Source: Candidatus Adlerbacteria bacterium RIFOXYC1_FULL_48_26
Lineage (GTDB): Bacteria > Patescibacteriota > Minisyncoccia > Phycocordibacterales > SBAW01
Reading direction: 5' to 3'
Length of the DNA stretch: 64,000 nt
Assembly: GCA_001773575.1 (NCBI GenBank)
Contig: MEXB01000009.1
Span: forward strand, 7,441-71,440
Below, in pieces: positions 26,498-36,124 of this stretch. The first letter of the stretch is position 1, and the number at the start of each line of letters is the position of its first letter. Position numbers and translations under genes: made by a program. The notes beneath the pieces are model-generated. The model ran no database searches. It was not told the DNA's origin and was given only the letters and a program-made list of their open reading frames with translations.

Positions 26498-27571
26498 ATG
26501 AAAATTCTAGCTATAGAAACGTCCTGCGACGAAACGGGTGCGGCGCTTGTTGAGGGCCAAAAAACTGAAACCGGTTTTATATTCAAGCAGCTTGGTAATG
26601 CAGCTCTCAACTCCCAAGCAAAATTGCATGCAGAGTATGGTGGCGTATACCCCAACCTCGCCAGACGCGAGCACGAGAAAAACCTTCCTATTATCTTGGA
26701 GCAGGCGCTTCAGCAAACAGAGGGTTCAGAGATTGATGCGATTGCAGTAACCCAGGGCCCAGGTCTTGAACCTGCGCTTTGGGCTGGCATTATGTTTGCA
26801 GAAGCGCTCGCGAAAGAGAAAAATCTACCGCTCATTCCAACAAATCACATGGAGGGACACTTGGTCTCCTCTCTTGTTCAAGATGGGAAAATGGAAAACG
26901 TTCAGCTTCCTGTGCTTGGGCTTTTGATTTCCGGCGGACACACAGAATATGTGTTGATGAAGAACTGGTTTGAGTATGAAGTCATAGGAGAAACGCAGGA
27001 TGACGCCGTTGGAGAAGCGTTTGATAAAGTAGCACGCATGCTTGGACTTCCCTACCCTGGCGGCCCGGAGATTTCAAAACTTGCGGAGCACGCACGCAGT
27101 GGAGGAGAAAACTCTTCTGTGAAGCTGCCTCGCCCCATGATCCACGACAAAAACTTGAATGTTTCTTTCTCAGGACTCAAGACTGCCGTGCTGTACATGC
27201 TACGCGATGCAGGCGGGATACATACACTAAGCGCAGGCCAAGTGGCGGCAATTGCATTGGAATTTGAAAATGCTGTTGGCGACATCTTTATCTCAAAGAC
27301 TCGTAGAGCGCTTGAAGAAACTGACGCAAAAACATTTGTTATAGGAGGCGGTGTTGCTGCAAACAAATACTTGCGCGCACGTCTGGTGAAATTTTTGGAG
27401 GATGAGTTCCCTAATGTAGAGATGCGTCTGCCAGAACTCTCCATAACTGGCGACAACGCTGTGATGATAGCGGAAGCCGCTCTTGCTCGTGCGCTCTCTG
27501 GTATAGATGATGTCGCTAAAGAGCCTGTCCGAGCCTACAGCAACAGGTTCTCGATTTTACCGCCTAAATAA
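26498..27571 (+). CDS. tsaD: tRNA N6-adenosine threonylcarbamoyltransferase (Kae1/TsaD)
   Basis: Start MKILAIETSCDETGAAL immediately after tRNA-Val CCA; ASKHA-fold pattern, metal-binding HMEGH. Confidence 0.9.
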   Translation: MKILAIETSCDETGAALVEGQKTETGFIFKQLGNAALNSQAKLHAEYGGVYPNLARREHEKNLPIILEQALQQTEGSEIDAIAVTQGPGLEPALWAGIMFAEALAKEKNLPLIPTNHMEGHLVSSLVQDGKMENVQLPVLGLLISGGHTEYVLMKNWFEYEVIGETQDDAVGEAFDKVARMLGLPYPGGPEISKLAEHARSGGENSSVKLPRPMIHDKNLNVSFSGLKTAVLYMLRDAGGIHTLSAGQVAAIALEFENAVGDIFISKTRRALEETDAKTFVIGGGVAANKYLRARLVKFLEDEFPNVEMRLPELSITGDNAVMIAEAALARALSGIDDVAKEPVRAYSNRFSILPPK

Positions 27572-27585
27572 ACTACAATTGGCAC

Positions 27586-29649
27586 ATGCCAGAAAAGGTT
27601 CCGGAAAAGTTTAATACGCCCTACCAACCGCAAGATACCGAAACCGCCATATATAAAAAGTGGGAGGAAAGCGGCTTTTTCAACCCAGACAACTTGCCAG
27701 GTGAACGCACCGAACCTTTCACCATCATCATGCCGCCACCTAACGCGAACGGCTCACTCCATGCCGGCCACGCGCTCTTTGTAACCCTCCAGGACATCAT
27801 GGTTCGCTTTGCCCGCATGCAAGGTAAAAAAACACTTTGGTTGCCAGGCGCAGACCATGCAGGATTTGAAACTCAAGTAGTGTATGAAAAGAAGCTCGAG
27901 AAAGAAGGTCGTTCGCGTTTTGATATGCAACCTCAAGATCTCTACAAAGAGATTTTGGACTTCACTCTCTCTAACAAGTCATTTATGGAAGGCCAGATTC
28001 GTCAACTCGGCGCATCATGCGACTGGTCACGCGAAACATTTACGCTTGATGAAAAGGTTATAAAAACCGTCTATAGCACTTTCAATAAGTTGAATGACGA
28101 TGGCCTTCTCTACCGAGGTTCGCGCATTGTGAACTGGTGCCCTAAACACCAGACATCTCTTTCAAATTTGGAAACCGAACGCGAGACCCGTACGGATAAT
28201 TTCTACTATCTAAAATACGGACCGTTTGTTATCGCAACAGCGCGCCCTGAAACAAAGTTTGGCGACAAATATGTTGTCATGCACCCAGATGACGCACGCT
28301 ACGCACAATATAAACAAGGAGACCAGTTTGATCTTGAATGGATCAACGGCCCTATTACAGCGACTGTGATCAAAGACGAGGCTATTGATATGGAGCTTGG
28401 TACTGGAGTAATGACCATTACCCCATGGCACGACCAAGCAGACTTTGATATTGCCTCTCGCCACAGACTCCCCTTTGAGCAAATTATCGACTGGCGCGGC
28501 AAACTTCTCCCAATTGCAGGAGAATTTGCAGGAATGAATATAAAAGAAGCTCGCACAAAGATCGTCGAGAAACTTCAAACAAAAGGTTTGGTTGAAAAGG
28601 TGGATGAAAAATATACTCACGAAGTTCCAGTCTGTTACAAATGCAACCGAGAAATCGAACCTCAGGTGCGCCCTCAGTGGTTCGTAAAGATGAAACCGCT
28701 CGCAGAGCGTGCCATTGCCGCTGTTAAGAATAAAGAAGTTCATGTCGTAACAGAAAGCCATGAACGCGTACTACTACACTGGTTAGAGAATATCCAAGAT
28801 TGGAATATCTCCCGCCAAATTATTTGGGGTATCCCAATCCCAGCATGGAGTAAGGGCGACGAATGGAAAATTCAGGAAGAAACTCCGGGCGAAGGTTGGG
28901 AGCGCGACCCTGACACATTCGACACTTGGTTCTCATCCGGACAATGGCCATTCGCAACGCTTGGGTACCCAGACAACTCTGATTTCAAAACATTTTACCC
29001 AACCAGTGTTATGGAGACTGGTGCTGACATCATTTTCTTCTGGGTTGCCCGCATGCTCATGCTTGGACTCTACTGCACGGGAGAAGTTCCCTTTAAAGAG
29101 ATATATCTTCACGGCCTTGTTCGTGACGCGAAAGGTATGAAGATGAGTAAGAGCAAAGGTAATGTTATTTCCCCTCTTGAGATCTCAAATGAATATGGAA
29201 CCGATGCATTACGCATGGGTCTTGTGGTAGGTAACACGCCAGGAACAGACTTAAACCTCGACCCTCACAAGATTGGCGCGTACAAAAAATTTGCCAATAA
29301 ACTCTGGAACGTTACTCGCTTTGTGCTTTCTCAAGAAAATACTGGTGAAGTAAAACAAGACTTGAAAGAAGAGTTTGAAGCAATGGCAGCGGATGTTACG
29401 AAGGACATGGAGGAGTATCGCATCTACATGGCAGCAGAAAAACTCTATCACTATGTATGGGACCGCTTTGCAGCTGAGATTTTGGAGGAAAGTAAAGGCA
29501 AGCCAGAGTATGGCGCAACGCTTTACTATATTTTGACGAACGTACTTAAACTTCTTCATCCTTTTATGCCATTTATTACAGAAGAAATTTGGCAAAGTGT
29601 ATCAGAGAAGGACTCACTGTTGATGGTCGAGGCTTGGCCAACAAAGTAG
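27586..29649 (+). CDS. valS: Valine--tRNA ligase (short form without C-terminal coiled-coil)
   Basis: 687 aa; PPPNANGSLHAGHAL (HIGH), KMSKSKGN, editing-domain segment. Confidence 0.9.
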   Translation: MPEKVPEKFNTPYQPQDTETAIYKKWEESGFFNPDNLPGERTEPFTIIMPPPNANGSLHAGHALFVTLQDIMVRFARMQGKKTLWLPGADHAGFETQVVYEKKLEKEGRSRFDMQPQDLYKEILDFTLSNKSFMEGQIRQLGASCDWSRETFTLDEKVIKTVYSTFNKLNDDGLLYRGSRIVNWCPKHQTSLSNLETERETRTDNFYYLKYGPFVIATARPETKFGDKYVVMHPDDARYAQYKQGDQFDLEWINGPITATVIKDEAIDMELGTGVMTITPWHDQADFDIASRHRLPFEQIIDWRGKLLPIAGEFAGMNIKEARTKIVEKLQTKGLVEKVDEKYTHEVPVCYKCNREIEPQVRPQWFVKMKPLAERAIAAVKNKEVHVVTESHERVLLHWLENIQDWNISRQIIWGIPIPAWSKGDEWKIQEETPGEGWERDPDTFDTWFSSGQWPFATLGYPDNSDFKTFYPTSVMETGADIIFFWVARMLMLGLYCTGEVPFKEIYLHGLVRDAKGMKMSKSKGNVISPLEISNEYGTDALRMGLVVGNTPGTDLNLDPHKIGAYKKFANKLWNVTRFVLSQENTGEVKQDLKEEFEAMAADVTKDMEEYRIYMAAEKLYHYVWDRFAAEILEESKGKPEYGATLYYILTNVLKLLHPFMPFITEEIWQSVSEKDSLLMVEAWPTK

Positions 29650-29665
29650 GCGTTATACTAACTGA

Positions 29666-30358
29666 ATGAGTCCAGCAGTTCTTTTGACTGCATTTTTAGG
29701 CGGTGTACTACCAGCGTTTATCTGGCTGTTTTTTTGGTTACTTGAAGACAGAGCCCATCCGGAACCTAAGCGATATATTTTCTACTCCTTTCTCGCCGGT
29801 ATGGGTGCCGTTCTCCTAGCGCTTCCGCTTGAACGTTTTGCTGCGGGCTATTTCTCCATGAACAACTTCACCCTCTTTCTCTCGTGGGCAACGATAGAAG
29901 AGCTTCTTAAGTTCGGTGCAGCGTACTTTGTAGCACTACGCTTTGCTGTATATGACGAACCGCTCGATGCAGTTATCTATATGGTTACAGCAGCGCTTGG
30001 TTTTTCAGCTCTAGAAAACGCACTCTTCCTCTGGAGCCCTCTCCAACAAGGAGATGTGTTGCGCGCATTGGTCACTGAAGATTTGCGCTTCATGGGCGCA
30101 ACACTCCTCCACACGCTTGCGTCAGTTACCGTCGGCATTTCACTCGCACTTTCGTTCTATATGCGCGCCGCAATACGAAAACAATACGTCATCGTAGGAG
30201 TTGTCCTTGCAATATTGTTGCATACCACTTTTAATTTTTTTATACTGAAGTCAGGAAACTCAGCAACATTTTGGATCTTCCTGTGCATTTGGATCGGCAT
30301 TGTTGCGGCGTTGCTTATGACTGAACGAATTAAACAGCCGATTAAAGAATATTGTTAA
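29666..30358 (+). CDS. PrsW-family intramembrane glutamic protease
   Basis: 230 aa polytopic; EExxK (IEELLKF), FxxxN/H motifs (ALENALF, HTTFNF). Confidence 0.6.
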   Translation: MSPAVLLTAFLGGVLPAFIWLFFWLLEDRAHPEPKRYIFYSFLAGMGAVLLALPLERFAAGYFSMNNFTLFLSWATIEELLKFGAAYFVALRFAVYDEPLDAVIYMVTAALGFSALENALFLWSPLQQGDVLRALVTEDLRFMGATLLHTLASVTVGISLALSFYMRAAIRKQYVIVGVVLAILLHTTFNFFILKSGNSATFWIFLCIWIGIVAALLMTERIKQPIKEYC

Positions 30359-30364
30359 ACCCTC

Positions 30365-30868
30365 ATGGCAAAAGAAAAACGATCACTATTTGAATGGCTT
30401 ACTGGCGGCACCGCTGCTGATAACGATTATTCTTTTGAAGACTTAGAAAGTGGTGGCTCGAGCTACGCTTCTAAAACTCCCGCTAAAGAAAAACATCTCA
30501 ACATTGCTATAGAAGACACTACTGTTGCAGAAGAACCAGATGGAGAGCTTGCTGTAGACGTCTACCAGACACCTACGCACATCATCATCAAGGCTATGAT
30601 TGCCGGCGTACGCCCTGAAGATCTCGATGTTTCAATAACACGCGACATGGTTACCCTACGCGGTAAGCGCGAACGCCACACAGAAGGCACTGCAGGAGAT
30701 TTCTTCTTCCAGGAACTCTACTGGGGTTCATTTTCTCGCACCATCATTCTTCCTCAAGAAGTTGAAATAGAAGAAGCAGAAGCAACTGAGAAGCACGGGC
30801 TTCTTAGCATCAAGCTTCCGAAACTCGACAAAGGCCGCCAAGCTAAGTTGAAGATTAAGTCTAACTAG
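30365..30868 (+). CDS. Hsp20/alpha-crystallin small heat-shock protein
   Basis: 167 aa; alpha-crystallin domain DVYQTPTHIIIKAMIAGVRPEDLDVSI...GLLSIKLPK. Confidence 0.8.
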   Translation: MAKEKRSLFEWLTGGTAADNDYSFEDLESGGSSYASKTPAKEKHLNIAIEDTTVAEEPDGELAVDVYQTPTHIIIKAMIAGVRPEDLDVSITRDMVTLRGKRERHTEGTAGDFFFQELYWGSFSRTIILPQEVEIEEAEATEKHGLLSIKLPKLDKGRQAKLKIKSN

Positions 30869-30946
30869 ACTACATAAAAAGTCCCCGTTTCAGGGAGATA
30901 TACCTCGCCCTTCCACGGGAACTTTTTATTTTGTCTTACGCTGCTG

Positions 30947-31019
30947 TGCCTGGGGCCAGGATCGAACTGGCGACCCCTTCCTCTTCAGGGAAATGCTCTA
31001 CCAACTGAGCTACCCAGGC
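30947..31019 (-). tRNA. tRNA-Phe (anticodon GAA)
   Basis: Minus strand: acceptor GCCTGGG/CCCAGGC, D-arm TAGCTCAGTTGGTAGAGC, anticodon loop CTGAAGA, T-arm GCCAG-TTCGATC-CTGGC. Confidence 0.85.
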
Positions 31020-31042
31020 GGTACAAAGAGATACTACCAAAA

Positions 31043-31345
31043 TTAAGGCTGATTTCCAAACTGCTTTAGGAACTCCGCAAACTGGGCCCCGTAGCTTTCA
31101 GCCTGCTGACCGCTCATACCTATTTGGTTATATATCTCTGTAGCTTTCTCAACGTATGGCTGTAGGTAGTAATAGTACGCCGCACCTGAAACTGCAATTA
31201 TGATGATCCACCATACTATCGAGAAAAATCTCCCCCATCGTGCAGACGAGCGTATACCGCGCAATATGCGATTGTTTTCTTCTGTAAGCGCCAGCGTTTT
31301 CTTTACCAAATCGCGCGTCTCTTCGTCATTTATATCGACAGACAT
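31043..31345 (-). CDS. Hypothetical small membrane protein
   Basis: 100 aa; one TM (WWIIIIAVSGAAYYYYL); no family recognised. Confidence 0.5.
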   Translation of the reverse strand: MSVDINDEETRDLVKKTLALTEENNRILRGIRSSARWGRFFSIVWWIIIIAVSGAAYYYYLQPYVEKATEIYNQIGMSGQQAESYGAQFAEFLKQFGNQP

Positions 31346-31399
31346 ACTGAAATAATACCACGCTGCACATAGTAAGGACGTGATAAGATTTACATAAAG

Positions 31400-31933
31400 A
31401 TGCGACTACACGCTCACAACAAACGCGGCTTTACACTTATAGAACTCTTGGTTGTTATCGCCATCATTGGTATTTTGGCATCAATCGTCCTCACATCACT
31501 TGAAAGTGCTCGTGCGAAGGCGCGGGACTCGCGTCGCCTAACTGAATTAAAAGAGGTGGAAAAGGCCGTTGCCCTTTACGAACTCGAAAACGGAGCATAT
31601 CCATCTACGAGTAATGCTTGGTGGGGAACGTGCTCAAGCTACGGAAGCCACCCGACTTCTGGCTCCACAGGATGGGTGCCAAATCTTGCACCAACATACA
31701 TATCCGTATTACCCGCCGACCCTAAGCCAGTTGGAAACAACGGCTGTTATCTTTATAGGTCCAACGGCACCAACTACATGCTTCTCGCGTATCTCACTGT
31801 TGAAACGTATCCGACCGTGACTACAAATCCGATACCGCGTCCGAGCACAGACGGATCGGCAACAACCTGCGGAGGCGATCCCGGCTACCAATTCACGTTT
31901 GCAAAATACACACCAGGAGGGATGTGCTGGTAG
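31400..31933 (+). CDS. Type IV pilin / pseudopilin (prepilin N-methylation motif)
   Basis: KRGFTLIELLVVIAIIGILASI class-III signal motif followed by variable globular domain with Cys pair. Confidence 0.8.
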   Translation: MRLHAHNKRGFTLIELLVVIAIIGILASIVLTSLESARAKARDSRRLTELKEVEKAVALYELENGAYPSTSNAWWGTCSSYGSHPTSGSTGWVPNLAPTYISVLPADPKPVGNNGCYLYRSNGTNYMLLAYLTVETYPTVTTNPIPRPSTDGSATTCGGDPGYQFTFAKYTPGGMCW

Positions 31934-31952
31934 AAGTTTCTATATTATCTAG

Positions 31953-32024
31953 TGCCCTCGGTAGGAATCGAACCTACATCTACTCCTTAGGACGGAGCTG
32001 TTCTATCCATTGAACTACAAGGGC
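31953..32024 (-). tRNA. tRNA-Arg (anticodon CCT)
   Basis: Minus strand: acceptor GCCCTTG/CGAGGGC, D-arm TAGTTCAATGGATAGAAC, anticodon loop GTCCTAA, T-arm GTAGG-TTCGATT-CCTAC. Confidence 0.8.
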
Positions 32025-32082
32025 CAATGCAAAACCGACCACGAGGGTCGGTTTTGAGTATGCGACAGATTCAGAGATTTTG

Positions 32083-32322
32083 CTACGCCTCAATACCGAG
32101 CTTACCGGCTACTTTTTCACGGTCAAAACCAACCATAAGATCTTCTCCGATCTTGATAACCGGTACGCCGAGCTGGCCTGTAAGGTTGATCATTTCTTCG
32201 CGCTTTTCAGCGTCGGTTGAAACATCGTATGCGGTATATTCAACATTCTTTTCAGCGAAGAATTCCTTTGCGAGCTTGCAGAAGTGGCATGTAGGGGTCG
32301 TGTAGATAGTTACAGGCTTCAT
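32083..32322 (-). CDS. Glutaredoxin/NrdH-like redoxin
   Basis: 79 aa; CxxC motif TCHFC, thioredoxin-fold pattern GQLGVPVIKIG. Confidence 0.75.
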   Translation of the reverse strand: MKPVTIYTTPTCHFCKLAKEFFAEKNVEYTAYDVSTDAEKREEMINLTGQLGVPVIKIGEDLMVGFDREKVAGKLGIEA

Positions 32323-32358
32323 ACAGTTTTGATTATCGTTATATGGCTAATTATATCA

Positions 32359-32976
32359 CTAAAACCCTAGATTTTCTTTGACTAAAAGTATCGTTATGCT
32401 GCGCCCTGTATAGGTTGGTTCTGCGTGGAATATAAACTCTTTATTGAGCGCAGTGCCACCCATACCAACTGACTTCATGCGCTCATCCTCAAGCGGCACG
32501 ACGTGCTCACGGAGACGTGCGCGCGCATCCTCGAGAGTTGGAACAATCTTATTCGTGCCTACAATAAAGATAACGTTTGGAGAGCTGAATACAATGTGTG
32601 GAAGCTGGCTGCCTGAGTTAGATGCAATAACTAACTCACCTGTCTCTGCCATCGCATGCACGCTGCCGAGATAGAAATCGGACAAAAGCGCTTGGCGTCT
32701 TAACTCGTTTTGTTTTACTGGGTCTTTTTCATTAACAATACCTTCGTGCACATTGTTCCAGCCATGTTGCCCACCCTTTAAATAGTCTATGTACCCTATC
32801 TGCTGGAGCGTTGTAGAAGCACCGTTCATCACTGACGCTCCTGCGGGTACAAGTTCTTTAATTTTTGCAAACGCCTCTTCTTTAGTGCTGACAATAATGG
32901 GTTTAAAGTTGCGCGCCTCAAGAGCTGCCACTGTACTTGTAAGTGCTTCTTCAGAAGCTAGTGTGTTGTAATCCAT
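32359..32976 (-). CDS. LUD-domain (LutC/YkgG-like) protein
   Basis: 205 aa; LUD-like central region with ...ASNSGSQLPHIVF... Confidence 0.55.
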   Translation of the reverse strand: MDYNTLASEEALTSTVAALEARNFKPIIVSTKEEAFAKIKELVPAGASVMNGASTTLQQIGYIDYLKGGQHGWNNVHEGIVNEKDPVKQNELRRQALLSDFYLGSVHAMAETGELVIASNSGSQLPHIVFSSPNVIFIVGTNKIVPTLEDARARLREHVVPLEDERMKSVGMGGTALNKEFIFHAEPTYTGRSITILLVKENLGF

Positions 32977-33031
32977 GCATCTAGTATAATCCTGTACTTT
33001 ACTTTGTAAAGTATTTACAAATTGCTATACT

Positions 33032-33325
33032 GTGGGCATGTCATCTTCAGACCCCTGCCCGGTACAGAAAACGGCTGTTCTCCTCTCAGATACATGGACC
33101 ATGCTTATTATTCGTGACCTGCTTGAAGGAGAGCAGCGTTTCTGCGACCTTGAGCGCTCGCTCGAGGGTATTTCCACCCGCACGCTGACAAACAAATTAA
33201 AGAAACTAGAAGAAGACAAGCTTATACGCAAAACAGAGAGCGGGTGCTATGAAGCCACAGATAAAGGCAAAGGTCTGCGCACTGTCGAAACTGCTATGCG
33301 CCGATATGGAGAGAAGTATCTTTAA
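33032..33325 (+). CDS. HxlR-family winged-helix transcriptional regulator
   Basis: 97 aa; DPCPVQKTAVLLSDTWTMLIIRDLLEGEQRFCDLERSLEGISTRTLTNKLKKLEEDKLI typical HxlR. Confidence 0.7.
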   Translation: MGMSSSDPCPVQKTAVLLSDTWTMLIIRDLLEGEQRFCDLERSLEGISTRTLTNKLKKLEEDKLIRKTESGCYEATDKGKGLRTVETAMRRYGEKYL

Positions 33326-33346
33326 ATGCTAAAATCCGCTTGCAAA

Positions 33347-33417
33347 GCGAGTGTAGTTTAGTGGCAGAACTGGTGCTTCCCAAGCATCGGGCGGGAGTTC
33401 GATTCTCCCCACTCGCA
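33347..33417 (+). tRNA. tRNA-Gly (anticodon CCC)
   Basis: Acceptor GCGAGTG/CACTCGC, anticodon stem GGTGC/GCATC loop TTCCCAA, T-arm GGGAG-TTCGATT-CTCCC. Confidence 0.85.
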
Positions 33418-33420
33418 CAT

Positions 33421-33813
33421 TTACCAAGAAAAGAGTGTGTGGAATAGCGCCTTAAGCCAGCCTTTTTGTGCTGTGTTTCCAGAAGCCGTTGTTGAAGCCT
33501 GGGCCACTATCTGGACAACCCCCTCTCCAGGCTTAACAACGCCATAATGTTCGCGTAAAAGGGCTTCCTGGCCCCTTGGGGAGGAAAGCTGCCCCACTGA
33601 GGCGGAGATGGTCTTTTTTTGAGCCTCTAGGGTTGCTAGGCGAGCCTCAGCATCCTGCTGGCCTGCAGTGGCTGTATTGAGGCGTCCGTACATATCCCAG
33701 GCAGCCCGCACCATGACAACAGTAAAGGCTAGTAACAGAAGAGCTCCTGCAAATCGCAGGCAGAAATTGAGCAATTCTGCTCTTTTACTCCGATGCTTTT
33801 TGAACTCCCTCAT
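33421..33813 (-). CDS. Septum-formation initiator family (FtsB/DivIC-like) single-TM coiled-coil protein
   Basis: Start at MREFKKHRSK...; TM then coiled-coil; ORF-track TTG start further upstream less likely. Confidence 0.45.
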   Translation of the reverse strand: MREFKKHRSKRAELLNFCLRFAGALLLLAFTVVMVRAAWDMYGRLNTATAGQQDAEARLATLEAQKKTISASVGQLSSPRGQEALLREHYGVVKPGEGVVQIVAQASTTASGNTAQKGWLKALFHTLFSW

Positions 33814-34022
33814 ATATGCTATTGTATCAGCTATATGTTTAGCAAAAACCAGAAAAAACAGAAACGCATCATGCAAATCTTTACCGGCGTCTTAGGCGTC
33901 CTGGTAATTCTAAGTATGGTCCTCTCCTACTTTGCGATGCTCGTTTAAGGGAAATTGAGAAATATTTCAGTATCCTTTTTGATACTGTTAGCGAACCATC
34001 GCAGATACCAATGTGATGTAGA

Positions 34023-34093
34023 GCCAACGGCAATGGTTTGCAGTTTTAGACTTGGTATTCTGAGACTCTAGGGTTCGATTCCCTTCGTTGGCT
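34023..34093 (+). ncRNA. Non-canonical tRNA-like element (intact acceptor stem and T-arm, no foldable anticodon arm)
   Basis: GCCAACG...TAGGG-TTCGATT-CCCTT-CGTTGGC-T; 7-bp acceptor pairs perfectly; D/anticodon regions do not form a cloverleaf; related to element at 51246-51313. Confidence 0.35.
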
Positions 34094-34184
34094 TAGGAAA
34101 AACTTTCGATTCCAGGCAATTGACAGGATTAATATGGTCGCTTTATAATTATGAGCGAATACCAAGTCTGAGTCTGCGACTAAA

Positions 34185-34219
34185 TAAAAAACTCCGCTTC
34201 ACGCGGAGTTTTTTATTTT
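34185..34219. terminator. Bidirectional Rho-independent terminator (lepA 3' end)
   Basis: AAAAAACTCCGC-TTCAC-GCGGAGTTTTTTATTTT. Confidence 0.7.
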
Positions 34220-36086
34220 AATCGCTCTTGATCATTTTTAGAAACACATCTTCAGGGATGTTCACTTTCGCATTTTCCAATGCCTTCTTCTTTCCCTTTT
34301 TCTGCTTTTCACGCAGCTTCATTTTGCGCGTGATGTCGCCGCCATACATGTGCTGAGTAACGTCTTTAGAGAGCGCTGAAAGTGTGCGGGATGAGATGAT
34401 GCGGCCCAGAGCTCTTCCTTGAATCTTGGTACTGAATTGCTGACGCGGCAAGATTTTATACAACTTCTCTACTGCAGCTATAGCCTCTTCATCGGCGCGG
34501 TGCTTTGCAATAATACGTGAAAACGCTGGGACTATATCGTCGGCAACATAGATGTCTAGGCGTGCGACGTCCGCTAGGCGCAACTCGCGTAGCTCGTAAG
34601 AAATGGATGCATAGCCGGACGACACACTCTTTAGTTTGTCGAAGAAGTTTCGCATCAGTTCGCGAAGCGGCATAACCACTTTCACAATAACGCGTGCTTC
34701 TGAGAACGTTTCTGTAGACTCTACATTTGCCTCGTGCTCATAGAGCAACGGCATCACGCCTCCAACATATTCGGCTGGCAAAATAATTTCTGCTGAAACA
34801 AATGGTTCCCACACCTGTGCAATATCGCCGTATTCAGGAAACTGAGGTGGAGAATAGATGGTGTGGCGTTTTCCGTCTCGTGTTTCGACTTCGTATGTGA
34901 TAGTTGGTGTTGTTACAACAAGGCTAAGGTTTGCCTCGCGGCGCAAACGCTCAGTAACAATTTCCAAGTGGAGCATGCCGAGCAAACCACAGCGGAAACC
35001 GCGGCCCAAAATACCTGAAGACTCTTCTTCAAATGAGAGGGATGAGTCAGAAAGGCGCAAACGTGAAAGCGCCTGGCGGAGTGCGACAAAGTCGTCTTGG
35101 CTTTCAGGATACACAGAGGCCCACACAACTGCCTTAGGCTCGCCATAGCCAGAAAGTGGAGTGGCTTTTGAACCGTTCTGGCGAACAGTATCTCCGACGC
35201 GCGCCAGACCTGGCTCTTTAATACCAGTTACGACATACCCGATAGAACCGGCAGTAAGACCTTCTGGAAGCACGAGGGGCTTAGGAGAGAACGTGCCGAC
35301 TTCGAGTGCGGTGAACTTACGGCCTGTTGCTGCAAATTCAAGCACGTCGCCTTTCTTTAGCTGCCCATCAAACATACGCAAATACACAATCACACCTTGG
35401 TGGTCAGAATATTGAAAGTCGAAAACCAAACCACGTGGCGGCGTAACCATAGAAATTGAGGATGCCGAAGCAGAAAGATCCTTCGCGGTGAGAGGAGCAC
35501 CGCTCGAAGGGTCTTTCTGCAAAGGCTCAGTCACCAACTTAGGTGGAGGCACCTGCGCAATAATTGCATCGAGTAATTCAGGAACGCCCTCCCCTGTTTT
35601 ACCGGAGCACGTGAGAACTGAATCAGGATCTATATCAAGCAAAAGCGCAACTTGTTCGCGAACGTTTTCAACATCAGCAAGTGGCGAGTCAATTTTTGAA
35701 AGTGCTGGAATAATCACCAGCCCTAATTCTCGCGCAGTGCGCAATGTAGTTAAGGTCTGAGCCTGCACACCCTGGGTGGCATCAACGAGGAGTATCGCGC
35801 CTTCAACGGCAGTGAGCGCTCGTGAGACTTCATATGAGAAGTCTATGTGGCCAGGGGTATCAATAAGATGGAGCATGTATTCCTTGCCCTCTTTGCTGTA
35901 GCGCATGCGCACAGGCTGCATCTTGATGGTAATGCCGCGCTCACGCTCGAGGTCCATAGAATCGAGCACTTGGTCGCGCATTTTGCGCTTCTCAATGGTG
36001 CCTGTGACCTCAAGAAAACGGTCGGCAAGGGTCGACTTGCCGTGGTCAATATGGGCGATAATAGAAAAGTTTCGAATATTATTCAT
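34218..36086 (-). CDS. lepA: Elongation factor 4 (LepA)
   Basis: 622 aa; G-domain NFSIIAHIDHGKSTLADR, DTPGHIDF, LepA-specific C-terminus. Confidence 0.9.
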   Translation of the reverse strand: MNNIRNFSIIAHIDHGKSTLADRFLEVTGTIEKRKMRDQVLDSMDLERERGITIKMQPVRMRYSKEGKEYMLHLIDTPGHIDFSYEVSRALTAVEGAILLVDATQGVQAQTLTTLRTARELGLVIIPALSKIDSPLADVENVREQVALLLDIDPDSVLTCSGKTGEGVPELLDAIIAQVPPPKLVTEPLQKDPSSGAPLTAKDLSASASSISMVTPPRGLVFDFQYSDHQGVIVYLRMFDGQLKKGDVLEFAATGRKFTALEVGTFSPKPLVLPEGLTAGSIGYVVTGIKEPGLARVGDTVRQNGSKATPLSGYGEPKAVVWASVYPESQDDFVALRQALSRLRLSDSSLSFEEESSGILGRGFRCGLLGMLHLEIVTERLRREANLSLVVTTPTITYEVETRDGKRHTIYSPPQFPEYGDIAQVWEPFVSAEIILPAEYVGGVMPLLYEHEANVESTETFSEARVIVKVVMPLRELMRNFFDKLKSVSSGYASISYELRELRLADVARLDIYVADDIVPAFSRIIAKHRADEEAIAAVEKLYKILPRQQFSTKIQGRALGRIISSRTLSALSKDVTQHMYGGDITRKMKLREKQKKGKKKALENAKVNIPEDVFLKMIKSD

Positions 36087-36124
36087 ATCGTTATCTGCAA
36101 CAGGAGTCTAGCATGTTCAGGTTG

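Noticed and set aside
33871-33948. 25-aa hydrophobic peptide ORF (MQIFTGVLGVLVILSMVLSYFAMLV) in the lepA/FtsB-like intergenic region
   Set aside because: No SD, very short, and it overlaps the likely promoter region of the divergent gene. Kept only as a note.
34023-34093. Possibility that the tRNA-like elements (here and at 51246-51313) are pieces of tmRNA (ssrA)
   Set aside because: In tmRNA the two acceptor strands are separated by ~300 nt of pseudoknots and the tag ORF. Here both strands are within 60-70 nt, and no tag-like ANDENYALAA-type reading frame is nearby.
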